Shown piece by piece: positions 38,739 to 49,815 of a stretch of DNA of 64,000 nucleotides. Within the stretch, counting starts at the first letter, position 1. Each line of letters starts with the position of its first letter. Made by a program: the position numbers and the translations under genes. The DNA is from Chloropicon primus (Eukaryota). The notes below the pieces were generated by a model that worked only from the letters and a program-made list of their open reading frames with translations, was not told the origin of the DNA and did not search any database. The DNA is taken from assembly GCA_023205875.1 (NCBI GenBank), contig CP060761.1, positions 434,001-498,000 of the forward strand, given 5' to 3'.

Positions 38739-39635
38739 TCAAAGTATTCGAAAGCTGTTCGCCACCGTGAAGAGCTTCTCCTTCTCCTCCGACCAACTCT
38801 TCTCGTTGCACTGGGCGTTCAAGGTGTACAACAAGTTGTTGTTGCTGGTGCCGTACACCGCGATGTTGTGCCGCTTCCACCCCTTCGAGGCGCTCACCAC
38901 CGTGTACTCCAGCCTGTAGTACCCGCCATCCAGCTCCGCGGCGCTCAGCAGCTCCGCGACCTTGTCCTGCTCAGTGGGCGGAGCGATGAACGAGTTCAGA
39001 ATGAGCTCCCCTGCCTTGGAAGGAGTTCCCAGCTGCTTGAGCGCGAACCCGGACTCAATGGGGGCGACCACCACCGAAACGTTCAGCTCCCCCGTCGACC
39101 CAGGAGGCCCAAAAGCCGCGGTGGGCTCGCTGAAGTCCCTCCTCGGCTTCTTCTTCAGCGAAGGGGGATCGAGCGGGTTCTGCTGTTCGACGCGTCTTGC
39201 GTAACGCTGGTAGAGCGTCTGGTCCGCAAGCCAATCGCCAGGAAAGATGAAAGTGTAACCGTTGTCGGGATCGAAGCAGCGACGGTATCCACGAATGCTG
39301 TACAGGACATCGAGCTTGGTCTTCCTCGCCATGGACTCGTTGAGGCCGAGAAGGAAGCTCGTGACACCCAAAAAATTCGCGCCGATGGCCGTGACGAGTC
39401 CCAGAGAGGTTCCCAAAACAAAACGACGCTTCGATGGAAGGCGCCCTCCAGCAACAACAAGCCGAGAAGGATCGAGGTCGAGGTCGACGCCATCCTCTTC
39501 TTCCCCTCTCCTCGCTCGTACCCCCAAAGCGCGAGAGAGACGAGCATGAGGTCGTCGATGAGGACGAGGATGGGGATGAGAATGGGACTGGGCATTGGCA
39601 CCCGCCACCGGAGCAGCGCCCGCACCCGCCATCAT
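38739..39635 (-). CDS. PsbP-domain protein (PPD7-like), thylakoid
   Basis: Transit peptide, 'IGANFLGVTSFLL', 'LDVLYSIRGY', 'GYTFIFPGDWLADQ', 'AAFGPPGSTGELNVSVVV', 'LYTLNAQ'. Confidence 0.85.
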   Translation of the reverse strand: MMAGAGAAPVAGANAQSHSHPHPRPHRRPHARLSRALGVRARRGEEEDGVDLDLDPSRLVVAGGRLPSKRRFVLGTSLGLVTAIGANFLGVTSFLLGLNESMARKTKLDVLYSIRGYRRCFDPDNGYTFIFPGDWLADQTLYQRYARRVEQQNPLDPPSLKKKPRRDFSEPTAAFGPPGSTGELNVSVVVAPIESGFALKQLGTPSKAGELILNSFIAPPTEQDKVAELLSAAELDGGYYRLEYTVVSASKGWKRHNIAVYGTSNNNLLYTLNAQCNEKSWSEEKEKLFTVANSFRIL

Positions 39636-39707
39636 CCCGCTTGCGGTCTTGATGAGCAGTCCGATGATGAGACCCAAGCCTCCCGTTGGCCGCACACAGA
39701 CACAGCG

Positions 39708-39758
<51 letters not shown>

Positions 39759-40076
39759 GTCTGTCTGTGCGTGTGTATCCGTCCTCCACAAGATAGAGAG
39801 AAGAAGTGGATGAGAAGGAGAATGAAACCGATAGATGATGTCTTTTGTCTTTGTCTTTTCCAGTGATGGTGATGGAGGGAAGGGCGGGCGTTGCGTCGGG
39901 AGCGTAACTCAACGTTTGCTGAGTTGTTACACATGTGTGCACCATTCATCCGTGTTCATTCGTTCATAGGTAGTATGGGGCATCGCAACTATGGTTTTAA
40001 GGTTTTATATCGTATTGTATTGGCAGTAGGTTCCATCCCTTGCATCCATCCATTCCATTCCTTCCCTTCCCTCTTT

Positions 40077-43000
40077 TCATTCCACGAGGATCTCCTTCCT
40101 GTCGGTGTAGAGCAGATCAGAGGGAGACTTTTGGCAGAGTGCAAAGTTGTAGACGCCCGGGGAGAGAAAGCAGGCGCCGAACTTGCAGATGCGATGGCCC
40201 TCGGCATTGGCTGGGATCTTCAAGTTCGAGAAGGACAGCACCCCTGTCAGGATGACGTCGTTGCTCGAGACGGTGCTCCCGTCCTCGCAGAGGCACCGGA
40301 TGTCGAACGTGACGCTGCACGCATCCGGCAAGTGGCTGGAAACTTTGACCTCGAAGGCTTTGCAGTCCTTCCTCTGCACCTTGCCCCCCTCGCCCGAGAC
40401 CATGGCCACGGTCCCTGTGCAAGGGTGGCAGAACCGGAAAGGTGATCCGTCCTGCAAGATGGCCGCGTAAGTGGTCCCCGGATCCACGAGAGACTTAGAG
40501 GCAAGAGTGCCCAGCAGCTTGATCTCACCCCTCCTGCCCTTTCGCTTGGTCCTCCACCGCAAGAAGAGATCGTCTTGCCTGTGCTTCTCGTACGACTTGG
40601 GGAGCTTGAGCAGGAACTCTTTTGTTCCAGAACGTTTCGCGAGCAAGTGGGCGCCGCCCTCGCCGGCCCCCGCGTCGTGCTCGAGAGCCAAGTCCTGGCA
40701 GATTTCGATGTCCTCGCCCGAGAGGTTCGAGACGTCGACGCAGGTTCCTTGACCCTCGATAGCCCTCAGCATGCCGTCCCTCGGTAGGAATATCCTGTTG
40801 ACGGAGAGGCCGCGATGGACGACCACCCTGATGTCCAAGGTTTGAGTCTTCACGATCGTTTTCTCGTCCTTGGACATCTTCGATTCCTGCTTGCTCCTAT
40901 CGCTGAGCAAAACGGTGAAGCGGACTCGCCGCTCGACCACGTCCGCGCAATCGTCCATCGCCCCGGAGGAGAACGAGATCCTCAGCCTCTTCATCTCCCC
41001 GAGCCCGAGCTGGGTCCCCTCTTCCAGAATCATGTCCTCGTGGCGCACCTGGAGACGGCCGCGATCCTCGTGGCTGTCGGATTCGGACACGCTGCTCGCA
41101 AACTCCAGCCTGCGAATGACGACCTCGCCCACGTTCCTGTGATCCATGCAAAATTCCTTCTGCTCGCTTTCGAGCAAATGAATCACTTTCAGGGGGCCGG
41201 TGCCGTCGGCAGAGAAGCGGGTCGCGAGAACTGGAAGGCGCTTCACGACCTTGACATGCAGGGGCCTCTTCAAATTCTCAAACTTCGCCGTGTGCATCAC
41301 TTTGCGGCTCGATCCACTCTGCAGAATTTGGACGCCTTCCAAGTGCGACTCCCCCGCTTCAAGAGGAATCGCTGTCACCTTCACTTGGAGGCACCTCTTT
41401 CCCTTTGCCCTGAGCTCGCTCACGGCAGAAAAAGAGGTCATCACATTGCAGGAATCCGAAAAGTACAGCTTCATTTGAGAGGCTCCGATGTCGTCGAGGA
41501 TTCCTGGACTCGAAGAAAAGTCGCCCGAGTCCCTCAAGGAAAACCGAATCCACAATTCGCTTGGCTTGCCGACACTCCACAAGACGTAGTCGGCGCTGGA
41601 TCCGATGAGTTCCCTGCCCTTGTTTTTGTACTTGGGCGAGAACAAAAATGGAGTGCTGCCCACCGTTTTGCTTTCCTCGTACACGTGAGTTGACTCGTCA
41701 TGATTTCTGCAGACCACCTCGCACGCAAGCCAGGAGAACGAGGAGCCCCCTTGGCGCTTCCTGTTCGCCGAGTACAGTTTTTGGATGTCCGAACACTTGT
41801 CCCCACTTGACAAGTACTTTTTGAACTTCACAAGGGTGCTCTGGCACTCTTTGCTCCTGTGAGAGACCAGCATGTTGAACACCAGGGCTTGGATTCCAGA
41901 GGACTTTGGGCTGTCCAGATCCAGATCCCTCACCTTGAGCATCTCCCTCAGCGTCTCGCAGGCTTTTCTCAGGGAGAAGGCCTGCTGTCGAAACTGTTTC
42001 AGGCCTTCGAAAACCACGGACAGCTCCAAGTTCAGGATGACGGTGTCCAAGAGGTTCACGCCATCATACTCCCGCACGTCCTGGAGAATCTGAGTCAGGA
42101 GAACCTTCTTCCTTTGCACGCTCTGCTTCTGGACGATGTCCCCCCCCGCCGCGCGATCCACTTCTTCCCCCATATTCGCAGCCAGAAACCTCGCGTACTT
42201 GATCAAGGTGGTGATGCTGAGGTCCTCGCTCCCCGCGAGTTTCAGGTTCAGCAGAATCAGATCCAGAATCTCGTCCATGGACACGAGCTCCTCGCTCTGC
42301 CACACGATCTGAGACCCCTCTTCCATGACCTCGTTCTGCAGGTAGTTTTGCTTCAAAAGCAGGAGGGAGCAAAGGTAGCCCTCCAGCGCCGCGACGGTGG
42401 TCTTGAAGTCTGCAACGCCTTGGGACAGCTCGACTGACGTGGAAAAGTGCCGCAGGGCGTCCACGGGGGATCCGGAGGCCAAGCAATAGAACCCGATGTC
42501 CCTTTGAACGCTGGCAAACTTGCGCTTCTTCAGGCGCTTTGCATTGTCGTCGTTTGGATTCACGGTCATCCGACTGATGAAACCTTCTCCCTGCGCGAGC
42601 TCTGGGGCCGTCTTCAGAATCTCCGTGGAGCTGTTCAGCAAGTCTTTCCCTGGGCCGGATGCAGTCATTTGGGACGGGGAGTACCCCCTCCCGCTTCGCC
42701 CTGCGGGCGCCAACCGAGCGGCGCTGAGCCTCTGCGCTGGGTCCTCGCCGGCCTCGCCGTCAAGACTCGTCCTCCGGAAGGACAAACGCCGCGAGGGAAT
42801 GTCGCAAGCGTCTGCCTTGAGGGCGAGCTGCTCCAGACCCATGACCATGACCGCGCAAAAGTCCTGCATGACCGTCTCCATGTGTTGCCTCAGCGCGTCC
42901 CCTGACGACGGCGGGACCATGATCATGTTCGTCGCCGTGGCGTGATCCTGCTCTATTTGGGATCCGCTTGGATCGAACATCAGGCACCTCAAGGCACAAG

Positions 43001-43484
43001 CGTTGGGGTACATCCTGCAAACTTCCAGGAACTCCTCGTACGCCTTTCCCACGTCAGGGCAGTCCGCGCACGAGCAGACCCCGACCACGCCAAAGGTCCG
43101 TCGCCTGTTGCCATAGTCCTTGATGTCCTGCAGAATATTGTTCTCCTCGAAAATGCTCCGCCTCTTCCCCTTCCTCTTGTCCTCCGGGCTCCCACTCGTG
43201 CTGCTGCCCTCCTGCTTCAGCAAGTTGTTCACGTCAATCTGATACTTGAGCCTCATCATCCCATTCGTCCAAGGCAAGTTCGAGAACGGCGACTTTTGCC
43301 TCTCCTGGTAAAACGCCTGGACGTGACCCAGCTCGATCTCATTGTCGCTCGCGATGAGCTCGGCATACTTCCAGAACCTCGCATCAGGTACCTGGCCCAC
43401 TGGAAAGATCGCAACCGTCGCGTCTCCACACGAAAGGAAGTCCATGTTCCCCTCCACAACCCCAGCAGATTGGAACCTCACCAT
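40077..43484 (-). CDS. TRS120: TRAPP II subunit Trs120/TRAPPC9-like
   Basis: 'FYQERQKSPFSNLPW..G.MRLKY', 'RRTFGVVG', 'LASGSPVDALRHFSTSVELS', 'VAALEG', 'TPFLFSP'. Confidence 0.75.
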   Translation of the reverse strand: MVRFQSAGVVEGNMDFLSCGDATVAIFPVGQVPDARFWKYAELIASDNEIELGHVQAFYQERQKSPFSNLPWTNGMMRLKYQIDVNNLLKQEGSSTSGSPEDKRKGKRRSIFEENNILQDIKDYGNRRRTFGVVGVCSCADCPDVGKAYEEFLEVCRMYPNACALRCLMFDPSGSQIEQDHATATNMIMVPPSSGDALRQHMETVMQDFCAVMVMGLEQLALKADACDIPSRRLSFRRTSLDGEAGEDPAQRLSAARLAPAGRSGRGYSPSQMTASGPGKDLLNSSTEILKTAPELAQGEGFISRMTVNPNDDNAKRLKKRKFASVQRDIGFYCLASGSPVDALRHFSTSVELSQGVADFKTTVAALEGYLCSLLLLKQNYLQNEVMEEGSQIVWQSEELVSMDEILDLILLNLKLAGSEDLSITTLIKYARFLAANMGEEVDRAAGGDIVQKQSVQRKKVLLTQILQDVREYDGVNLLDTVILNLELSVVFEGLKQFRQQAFSLRKACETLREMLKVRDLDLDSPKSSGIQALVFNMLVSHRSKECQSTLVKFKKYLSSGDKCSDIQKLYSANRKRQGGSSFSWLACEVVCRNHDESTHVYEESKTVGSTPFLFSPKYKNKGRELIGSSADYVLWSVGKPSELWIRFSLRDSGDFSSSPGILDDIGASQMKLYFSDSCNVMTSFSAVSELRAKGKRCLQVKVTAIPLEAGESHLEGVQILQSGSSRKVMHTAKFENLKRPLHVKVVKRLPVLATRFSADGTGPLKVIHLLESEQKEFCMDHRNVGEVVIRRLEFASSVSESDSHEDRGRLQVRHEDMILEEGTQLGLGEMKRLRISFSSGAMDDCADVVERRVRFTVLLSDRSKQESKMSKDEKTIVKTQTLDIRVVVHRGLSVNRIFLPRDGMLRAIEGQGTCVDVSNLSGEDIEICQDLALEHDAGAGEGGAHLLAKRSGTKEFLLKLPKSYEKHRQDDLFLRWRTKRKGRRGEIKLLGTLASKSLVDPGTTYAAILQDGSPFRFCHPCTGTVAMVSGEGGKVQRKDCKAFEVKVSSHLPDACSVTFDIRCLCEDGSTVSSNDVILTGVLSFSNLKIPANAEGHRICKFGACFLSPGVYNFALCQKSPSDLLYTDRKEILVE

Positions 43485-43891
43485 CTTCCTTCCTTCCTTT
43501 CCTCTCAAAAACCGTAACGTATCCTTCCGCGGTGCAAATAAAAAAGTGACGGACGAACCCAATCACAAACCCTAACGCATGCTCGTCCCCCAAAGGCTCC
43601 ACCTTTCCTCCAAACCCATGCAAACCAAAGATTAAACCTTTCGTTGGCCAAAGTCAAGGTACCTCAAGGTCTGTCTATCCCTTGGCTTGCACCTCTTCGT
43701 TCTTCTGCTCAAGTCCCACAACTCCAAATAGAAGTTGAAGAGCAAGCAAAGTCTGATGCCTCGGATTAAATGGACGTCCTCTGGTGTCCTCCTCCTTCCC
43801 ACGAAACCAATCCCTTCCTCCTCCTCCTCGTCGTCGTCCTCGTCCTCTGGAGCTCCTCGTTTGAACACCACGAAGCTGTCTGTCTGTCTGT

Positions 43892-43909
43892 CAGAGAGAG
43901 AGAGACGAG

Positions 43910-43957
<48 letters not shown>
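43892..43957. repeat. (GA)n microsatellite; similar GA/CT tracts near 3872, 34830, 39711, 51562, 59214 and 60177
   Basis: Direct inspection; these tracts sit mostly just upstream of start codons. Confidence 0.9.
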
Positions 43958-43958
<1 letters not shown>

Positions 43959-44062
43959 GAGAGAGACGGGAGCGAGGGAAGAGGAGGGAGTGATTGATCG
44001 ATAGATCGTCTCTTTCTCTTTCGAAAGAGCCGTCGATCGACACGAGAGGCGACGTGAGGAGG
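43950..44062 (-). repeat. Dispersed intergenic element, copy B
   Basis: Reverse complement reads 'cctctcgtgtcgatcgacggctctttcgaaagagaaagagacgatctatcgatc' and contains the palindrome CTCTTTCGAAAGAG. Confidence 0.75.
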
Positions 44063-44165
44063 ATTTTGTCTTTGATCGAGGGAGGTCTGTGATTGTTCTC
44101 TCCCTCGATGGCGCGTTGAACGAATCGTGTGAGAGAGAGGAGGACGAGAGGGAGGAAGGTGCGGG

Positions 44166-45159
44166 ATGGAGAAGGTGGCGCACGGGATCTTTCAGAAGCA
44201 CAGGCAGAACCGGAGGGATCCGTTTCATATCCTTGACAACCCGAGGAGTTTGAAAGAAGCTCGACAAACGTTCAGGAAGCTTGCTCTCTTGCTGCATCCT
44301 GACAAGTGTGCAGGGCAGGAACAGAAGAAGACCCTGTGCGAGGAAGCTTTCAAGATCGTGAACAATGCCTTCAAGAAGATCGAAGCAGAGTACGGCGAGG
44401 AGGACTCGAGTCAGGCGGCGGAGCCTTGCCCGCGAGCGGCTGCCGCGGAGCCAGCGGTGAGCCCGACGGAAGTCGCCGCGGCGAGGAATAACTGGAACCG
44501 AACCGGTCGAAGGGCCGAAGACGTCTGCGGGGAGAAGGACAAAGGCGCCTTCACGAGGACACCAGGAACAGAGAATGGCCCAATAGGGGCTGGAGGAAAG
44601 TCGTTTGGCTTCGAATGCCCGAGGTCCCCCCCGTCTCCGGCTCGCAAACCCCCTCGGGTGTTACCACGTTGGAACAAGGAAAACTTTGGGCCAGTCTCAG
44701 CGGTGAGTACCTTCTCGCGGGCACGCCCGTGCTCCCAATTTTTTTTCTTTCCCTGACACCGTCCTCCTTTTTCGACTTCTCTTCTGCTCAGGACCAAGTG
44801 AAGGCCGCGAGGAAGAACTGGGGGGAGCCCTCGACGTCCTCCGCATCAGGCCACTTCGACTTGGACTTGAGCAAAGACCCAACGTCCATCAATTTGACTC
44901 CCCTGGTGGACGTTGACTACGAAATTCTTAGGGAGGACGACGTGACGCAAAAGAGGTCCATCGGTATGTGCACATCCCTCTATCTTCTCTCTATCTCTCT
45001 GCCTGACTGTCCCCGCGGTGACTGACCCCACGATCGCGTGCTTTCTCGTCCTGCCTGTGTGCTACCTCGACAGCGAAAGCTCGCGCAGCCCAAACGATCA
45101 AGGAAGGCAAGGCGCGAGGAATCTGGGCCCACAACAGGCGGAAGAAGCGAAAAAAGTGA
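44166..45159 (+). CDS. DnaJ (J-domain) protein; exons 44166-44702, 44792-44963, 45074-45159
   Basis: 'FRKLALLLHPDKC...EEAFKIVNNAF' HPD motif. Two GT..AG introns give an in-frame join ending at TGA 45157-45159. Confidence 0.75.
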
Positions 45160-45311
45160 AATCGTCTTTTTCGTGTGTATATCAATATCATTCTTTTATT
45201 TGTGCGCCCGCGCGCAAGCCTCTTCACGGATTGCGTGTGTGTACGCAATCTCCACGCTGGCCGGGAACTCGCCTTTCGTGCACCACATTGGCATTCCCTT
45301 GACGATTACTT

Positions 45312-46314
45312 TCAAGGGGTCTCCTCTCCCTCTCTGAACGGGGAAACGTCGATCTCGAACCTCTCCTTACCCTTGGTGGCGTTGCCAATGTCAATAAGCT
45401 CCTTGAGCAAGGGCCTCAGGTGTCTAAGCGGCCACTGAGTAGGGCCGTCGACTGGGGAGGAGTTTGGATCGTCGTGCACCTCCATGAAGATTCCGTCGAC
45501 TCCGACAGCCACGCAAGTTCTCGACACGCAAGGAATGAGCTCCCTGAGGCCACCCGAGGCGACACCGCCGTCGCTTCCAGCAGACCTTCCCGCAGGCTGC
45601 TGAAGGGAGTGAGTGACATCGGCCACGATTGGGCAGTTGGCATCCCTCATGAGCTCCATGTTCCTTGGGTCGACCACGAGGTCGCTGTACCCGAACATGG
45701 TACCTCTCTCGCAGACCATGACGTTTGGGTTTCCCGTGCTGCGGATCTTCTCGGCGGAGTTCCTCATGACGCTGCTGGCGCAGAATTGGCCCTTCTTGAT
45801 GTTGATGATGGCTCCGGTCTTTCCGGCAGCAACCAGGAGATCGGTCTGGCGGCACAAGAAGGCAGGGATCTGCATGATGTCCGCAACCTTGGCCACGGGC
45901 TCCGCCTGCCAAGGCTCGTGTATATCCGTGACGATCGGGACATCGAAAGCGTGCTTCACCTTGTCCAGCACCTTCAAGCCCTCCTCCATTCCTGGTCCCC
46001 TGAAGGACTTCACGTTCGTGCGGTTCGCCTTATCGAAGCTCGACTTGAACACGTACTCGATGCCGAGGTCATCTGTCACGGACTTGATGTGCCTGCACAT
46101 CTTGAAGATGTGCTCCTCGGACTGGATGACGTTTGGTCCGGCAAGAAGGAAGAACGGTTTCGTTCCCTGCGACAACACAACACACGCGGATGAAAAATTA
46201 AAAGAAAGAAAATAGATCAGTAACTAACGCGAGGATTTCCTCGTAACCTTCCTTGGCCCAACTCACCTTCAGCTTGGAGTACAGCTCGCTCTCAGGGTTC
46301 ATTTCGGTAGTCAT
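45312..46314 (-). CDS. kdsA: KDO-8-phosphate synthase; exons 46314-46267 and 46166-45312
   Basis: 'FFLLAGPNVIQS', 'KSSFDKANRT', 'QIPAFLCRQTDLL', 'NIKKGQF', 'CERG', 'DVTHSLQ', 'FMEVH'; phase-0 GTGAGT..CAG intron. Confidence 0.95.
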
Positions 46315-47016
46315 CTTTGCTTTTCGTTTCTCTAGGTAGGTCCTGAAAGAAAGAAGGAGGAAAGCCAGTCAGCGAGGAGAAAAAGGCGACGAGAAGATTT
46401 CATGCACAAGCACGCGCGTGGACGGACACAACGACAACAACAGCAAGACCATGAACAACACTATGATCTAAGGTCGCACACCAAGGTCGTAGTGTCGCGT
46501 TGCGTTGCGGGTCTGACACGCAGGACGTGAGATGCGAAGGCGAATGCAATAAAGATGCAATGGGATCCGTCGTCGACTCGGGTTCCCTTGCTGCCCTTTC
46601 GTTCGTGTTGGACTCACCTTTGTCTTGGTCTCACGCGGCCTCTCGTTATTTTTTTTTTGGATCGGTGATCTCCTGGGCCGCCTTGAGATGGCGCATCAGA
46701 CAAAAAAGAAGCCCTGTCGGCGTCGATGATGATGGATGAGAAGAAGAGGCCAACGATGATGTAATGACACTTGGATCTTGATTTGGTTTTGCTTATCCAG
46801 TCTCACAAGGCTTGTATGCTCCGCGCAATCTCCCTCCTCACTCTTCCTCCTTGACCTTGACGATGGAAGGGGTCGTCTTGCTTCGTGTTCTTGTTCTCTT
46901 CGACGACGGAGGACGAGGAACAGCTTTGCAGAGCCCGACCTCCTCGAGGTACTCTCTCTTCACAATACATTGTTCCTTGTCGCTCAGCATAAGAGACGCG
47001 TCGGCAAAGATGATCC

Positions 47017-47679
47017 TCAACGCCTCGTTGTAGTCCGCGATTTCTTCTTCTCCGGGGACTTGCTGTCATAACGCAGGGCCTCCTGCACGGCTTGGGCGTA
47101 CTCCTCCGTCATCAGGCCGGACTCGAGAGCCTCTCTCAAATCCAAAGCATAGGGAGAGGGAGAACTCGTCGTCATGTTGTTGTTGGTGGTGGCGGTGGCG
47201 GCGTTGGAATCCTGCTCATTGAGGTTGTCGGCGGTGGACCTGTTGAAGTATTTCTTGGCAATTGCGTATACTCCACGTGCAGTGCGAACAAAGAGGGGGC
47301 TGTGTGCACAAGTAGAGCTGACACGGTTCCTCATTTTCTCATCATCAGTAGAAAGAGAACCATCCATACGCCTGAACACATACAACTTCTTGGCCCAGAT
47401 CAGGCCAAGGATCTCTTTGACCTGCAAGCTCCCTCCCACCTCTTGAAGAACGCGATAGATGGCATCCCGAAGTGATCCCTTTCTCTTGCCAGTCTTCATA
47501 GTCACCTTCGCTGACGCTTGCTCAGGCTGAAAAGACGAACCCGCAACACCACTATCCTCCTCACTGTCGCTCTCCTCTTCGAAGATTGTGGTGGAGCCCA
47601 TCAAGAAACTGTGCACACACTCTCCGTCCACGTCCATGGCGATGACACCTGGGGACAACCCTCCCTTGTTGTCATCCAT
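47017..47679 (-). CDS. HARE-HTH (ASXL/HB1-type winged helix) domain protein; may extend to 46838 via a frameshift
   Basis: 'GSLRDAIYRVLQEVGGSLQVKEILGLIWAKKL...LFVRTARGVYAI' fits the HARE-HTH pattern. Confidence 0.62.
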   Translation of the reverse strand: MDDNKGGLSPGVIAMDVDGECVHSFLMGSTTIFEEESDSEEDSGVAGSSFQPEQASAKVTMKTGKRKGSLRDAIYRVLQEVGGSLQVKEILGLIWAKKLYVFRRMDGSLSTDDEKMRNRVSSTCAHSPLFVRTARGVYAIAKKYFNRSTADNLNEQDSNAATATTNNNMTTSSPSPYALDLREALESGLMTEEYAQAVQEALRYDSKSPEKKKSRTTTRR

Positions 47680-47981
47680 TGTTGCGCGACGAACCCGAGC
47701 GTTAATTCTCACTCGCGTTTTCATTAGGGTTTTTCGCGCGAGGAAAATCCTGCAGCAGCAGCAGCAGGAGGGGACTCTTGGCGAACCAGGAGGATGGGAG
47801 TGAAGGGAACGAGGGAAGGTGCGGCAGGCTGAAGCGTCGTGTTCGCGTTTGATTGCGTGTATTTATTCAGATAGAGCGAAGGAGCAAGCTTTGTAGGTCT
47901 TGTTTGTCCTCTTCCGTAGTCGCAGCATGGACCTGACCCCCGAATGGCTTGTGCGTGTATTCAGATAGAGCAGGATTGGAG

Positions 47982-48872
47982 ATGGGAGGGAGTGCTCTGG
48001 ATGGTTTCACGGCTTGGTTCATTGCCGGGGCGTCGAATGCTACTGGGGCGACCGCCACGCATCCAATCGACGTGGTCAAGCTTCGAATGCAGCTCGGGGA
48101 CGGCGCGTTCGGAGGGGGGAGGGGTGCGTTCGCGGGGACGGCTGCCCTGGTGAGGGAGGAGGGCGTGACCGCCCTGGCGAGGGGGCTCCACGCCTCGGTG
48201 CTTCGGGAAATGGTATACGCCGGCCTCAGGCTCGGGTGCTACGATTCGGCCAAGGGGATCGTGGGCGGGGTCACGTCCGCCCTGACCGGCGGAGGGAGCG
48301 GGGCCGATGGGCTCCTCGTGACCAAGGTTCTCGCGGGCGCGCTCTCGGGGGCGTTCGGGAGCGCCCTGGGGAGCCCCACGGAGCTCCTCAAGGTGCGTCT
48401 CCAGAGCGAGACGGTTGCTGGGCGCGGGATCGTTGAGACTGCTGTGCGAATCACCACGCGCGAGGGCGGCCTGGCCGGGTGGTGGCGGGGCGCGGTCCCG
48501 TTCGTGCAGCGGAGCTCCGTCCTCACCGCGGCCCAGATCGCGAGCTACGATCACACCAAGCACACCCTCCTCGACCAGGGCCTATTTCTGGAGGGCATGC
48601 CACTGCACTTCACGGCCTCCATGGTCGCCGGATTCGCTGCCTCCGCGGCCAGCACTCCTTTTGACTTCGCGAAGAGCCGGCTAATGTCGGGACGCGCCGA
48701 GTATCGCGGCCAGTCGAGCGTCCAGGCCCTGACGAATGCGATCCGGGAGGGTGGCATCCTGGCGCCCTACAGGGGCTTCCTGGCGAACTGGATGAGAATC
48801 GGACCCCACACCATAGTGACGTTCCTGGTGTACGAGCGCCTGAGAATCGCGGTCGGCTTCAAGCCGGTGTGA
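47982..48872 (+). CDS. Mitochondrial carrier (UCP/dicarboxylate-oxoglutarate subgroup)
   Basis: Three PxD/ExxKxR motifs ('PIDVVKLR', 'PTELLKVR', 'PFDFAKSR'), 'AQIASYD', 'RIGPHT'. Confidence 0.92.
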   Translation: MGGSALDGFTAWFIAGASNATGATATHPIDVVKLRMQLGDGAFGGGRGAFAGTAALVREEGVTALARGLHASVLREMVYAGLRLGCYDSAKGIVGGVTSALTGGGSGADGLLVTKVLAGALSGAFGSALGSPTELLKVRLQSETVAGRGIVETAVRITTREGGLAGWWRGAVPFVQRSSVLTAAQIASYDHTKHTLLDQGLFLEGMPLHFTASMVAGFAASAASTPFDFAKSRLMSGRAEYRGQSSVQALTNAIREGGILAPYRGFLANWMRIGPHTIVTFLVYERLRIAVGFKPV

Positions 48873-49740
48873 TGATGTAGATGATATTGGATTCATCTTG
48901 GAATACGCAGAGAGGGGTCGCCGGGGGGGGGAGCGGGGTTGAGCGAGCGTGTGGTGCGCGCGCGCCGCATGCTGGCCAAGATCTCAACCTTGGTTCTCCC
49001 ATGGAGTGCGGGCGTCTGAGTGAGTGCTGGGCTGGACCTCAAAGCCGCCCAGAGGAGGACGACGGCGAAGGCATCTTGATGCTGATGCTGACGACGAAGA
49101 TGATCAGGGCTGACGACGAAGATGATCAGGGCTGGCGACCGTGGTGGTCTCTTCCACTTGCACTTGCCGCGGACTGTGAGGAGGCAAGCAAGGGGTAGTG
49201 GTGTTGTTGCTTCATCTGAGGGTCGTCTGATGGGTGTACGTGGGTTCGCATGTGGTGCAAAGTGTCGTTGTTCTTATTGGCGGAGGCGAATTGACGATAA
49301 ACATTCGCGATTGGTTGCTGACTTGGCAATCCGGGGGTTTCGAACCATCACAACTTGAGCCAACCGACCGTCAACCTCACCTTGGGGCAACGACACAGGC
49401 CACTCCCACGAGCGTGACAACCCGGTGCGACTCGAAAAACGTAACGGTCGAAGGTTTCGGTTACGGCGCGACGGTTTTTTGCTCCTTGAGTAGGGGGTTT
49501 CTTCTCTCTCTCCCCAGCTATCTCGAGACATCCAAAGATTATGAAGAAGATGATGATGATGGTGATGATGTGGTTGAGTTGAAGCATGGGACAGGGATTG
49601 GGACTGCTGGAACACAGTGTTAGAGGGAGAAGATTAGGGACGGGAAGGAGCACTCGGTAGGGTTTGGGATTCATCCGCACGAACCGCCACCGTCGTGCGG
49701 GATAACATAGATACCAACCATCCATCCACCCAACCTGTTG

Positions 49741-49772
49741 ATGATGAGTGCCTCTGATGAGATTAGTTTGCA

Positions 49773-49815
<43 letters not shown>

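Noticed and set aside
48881..49700. Short ORFs and a 21-bp tandem duplication (~49087-49134) between the carrier and PPR genes
   Set aside because: No coherent reading frame or motif; probably UTR or promoter sequence.
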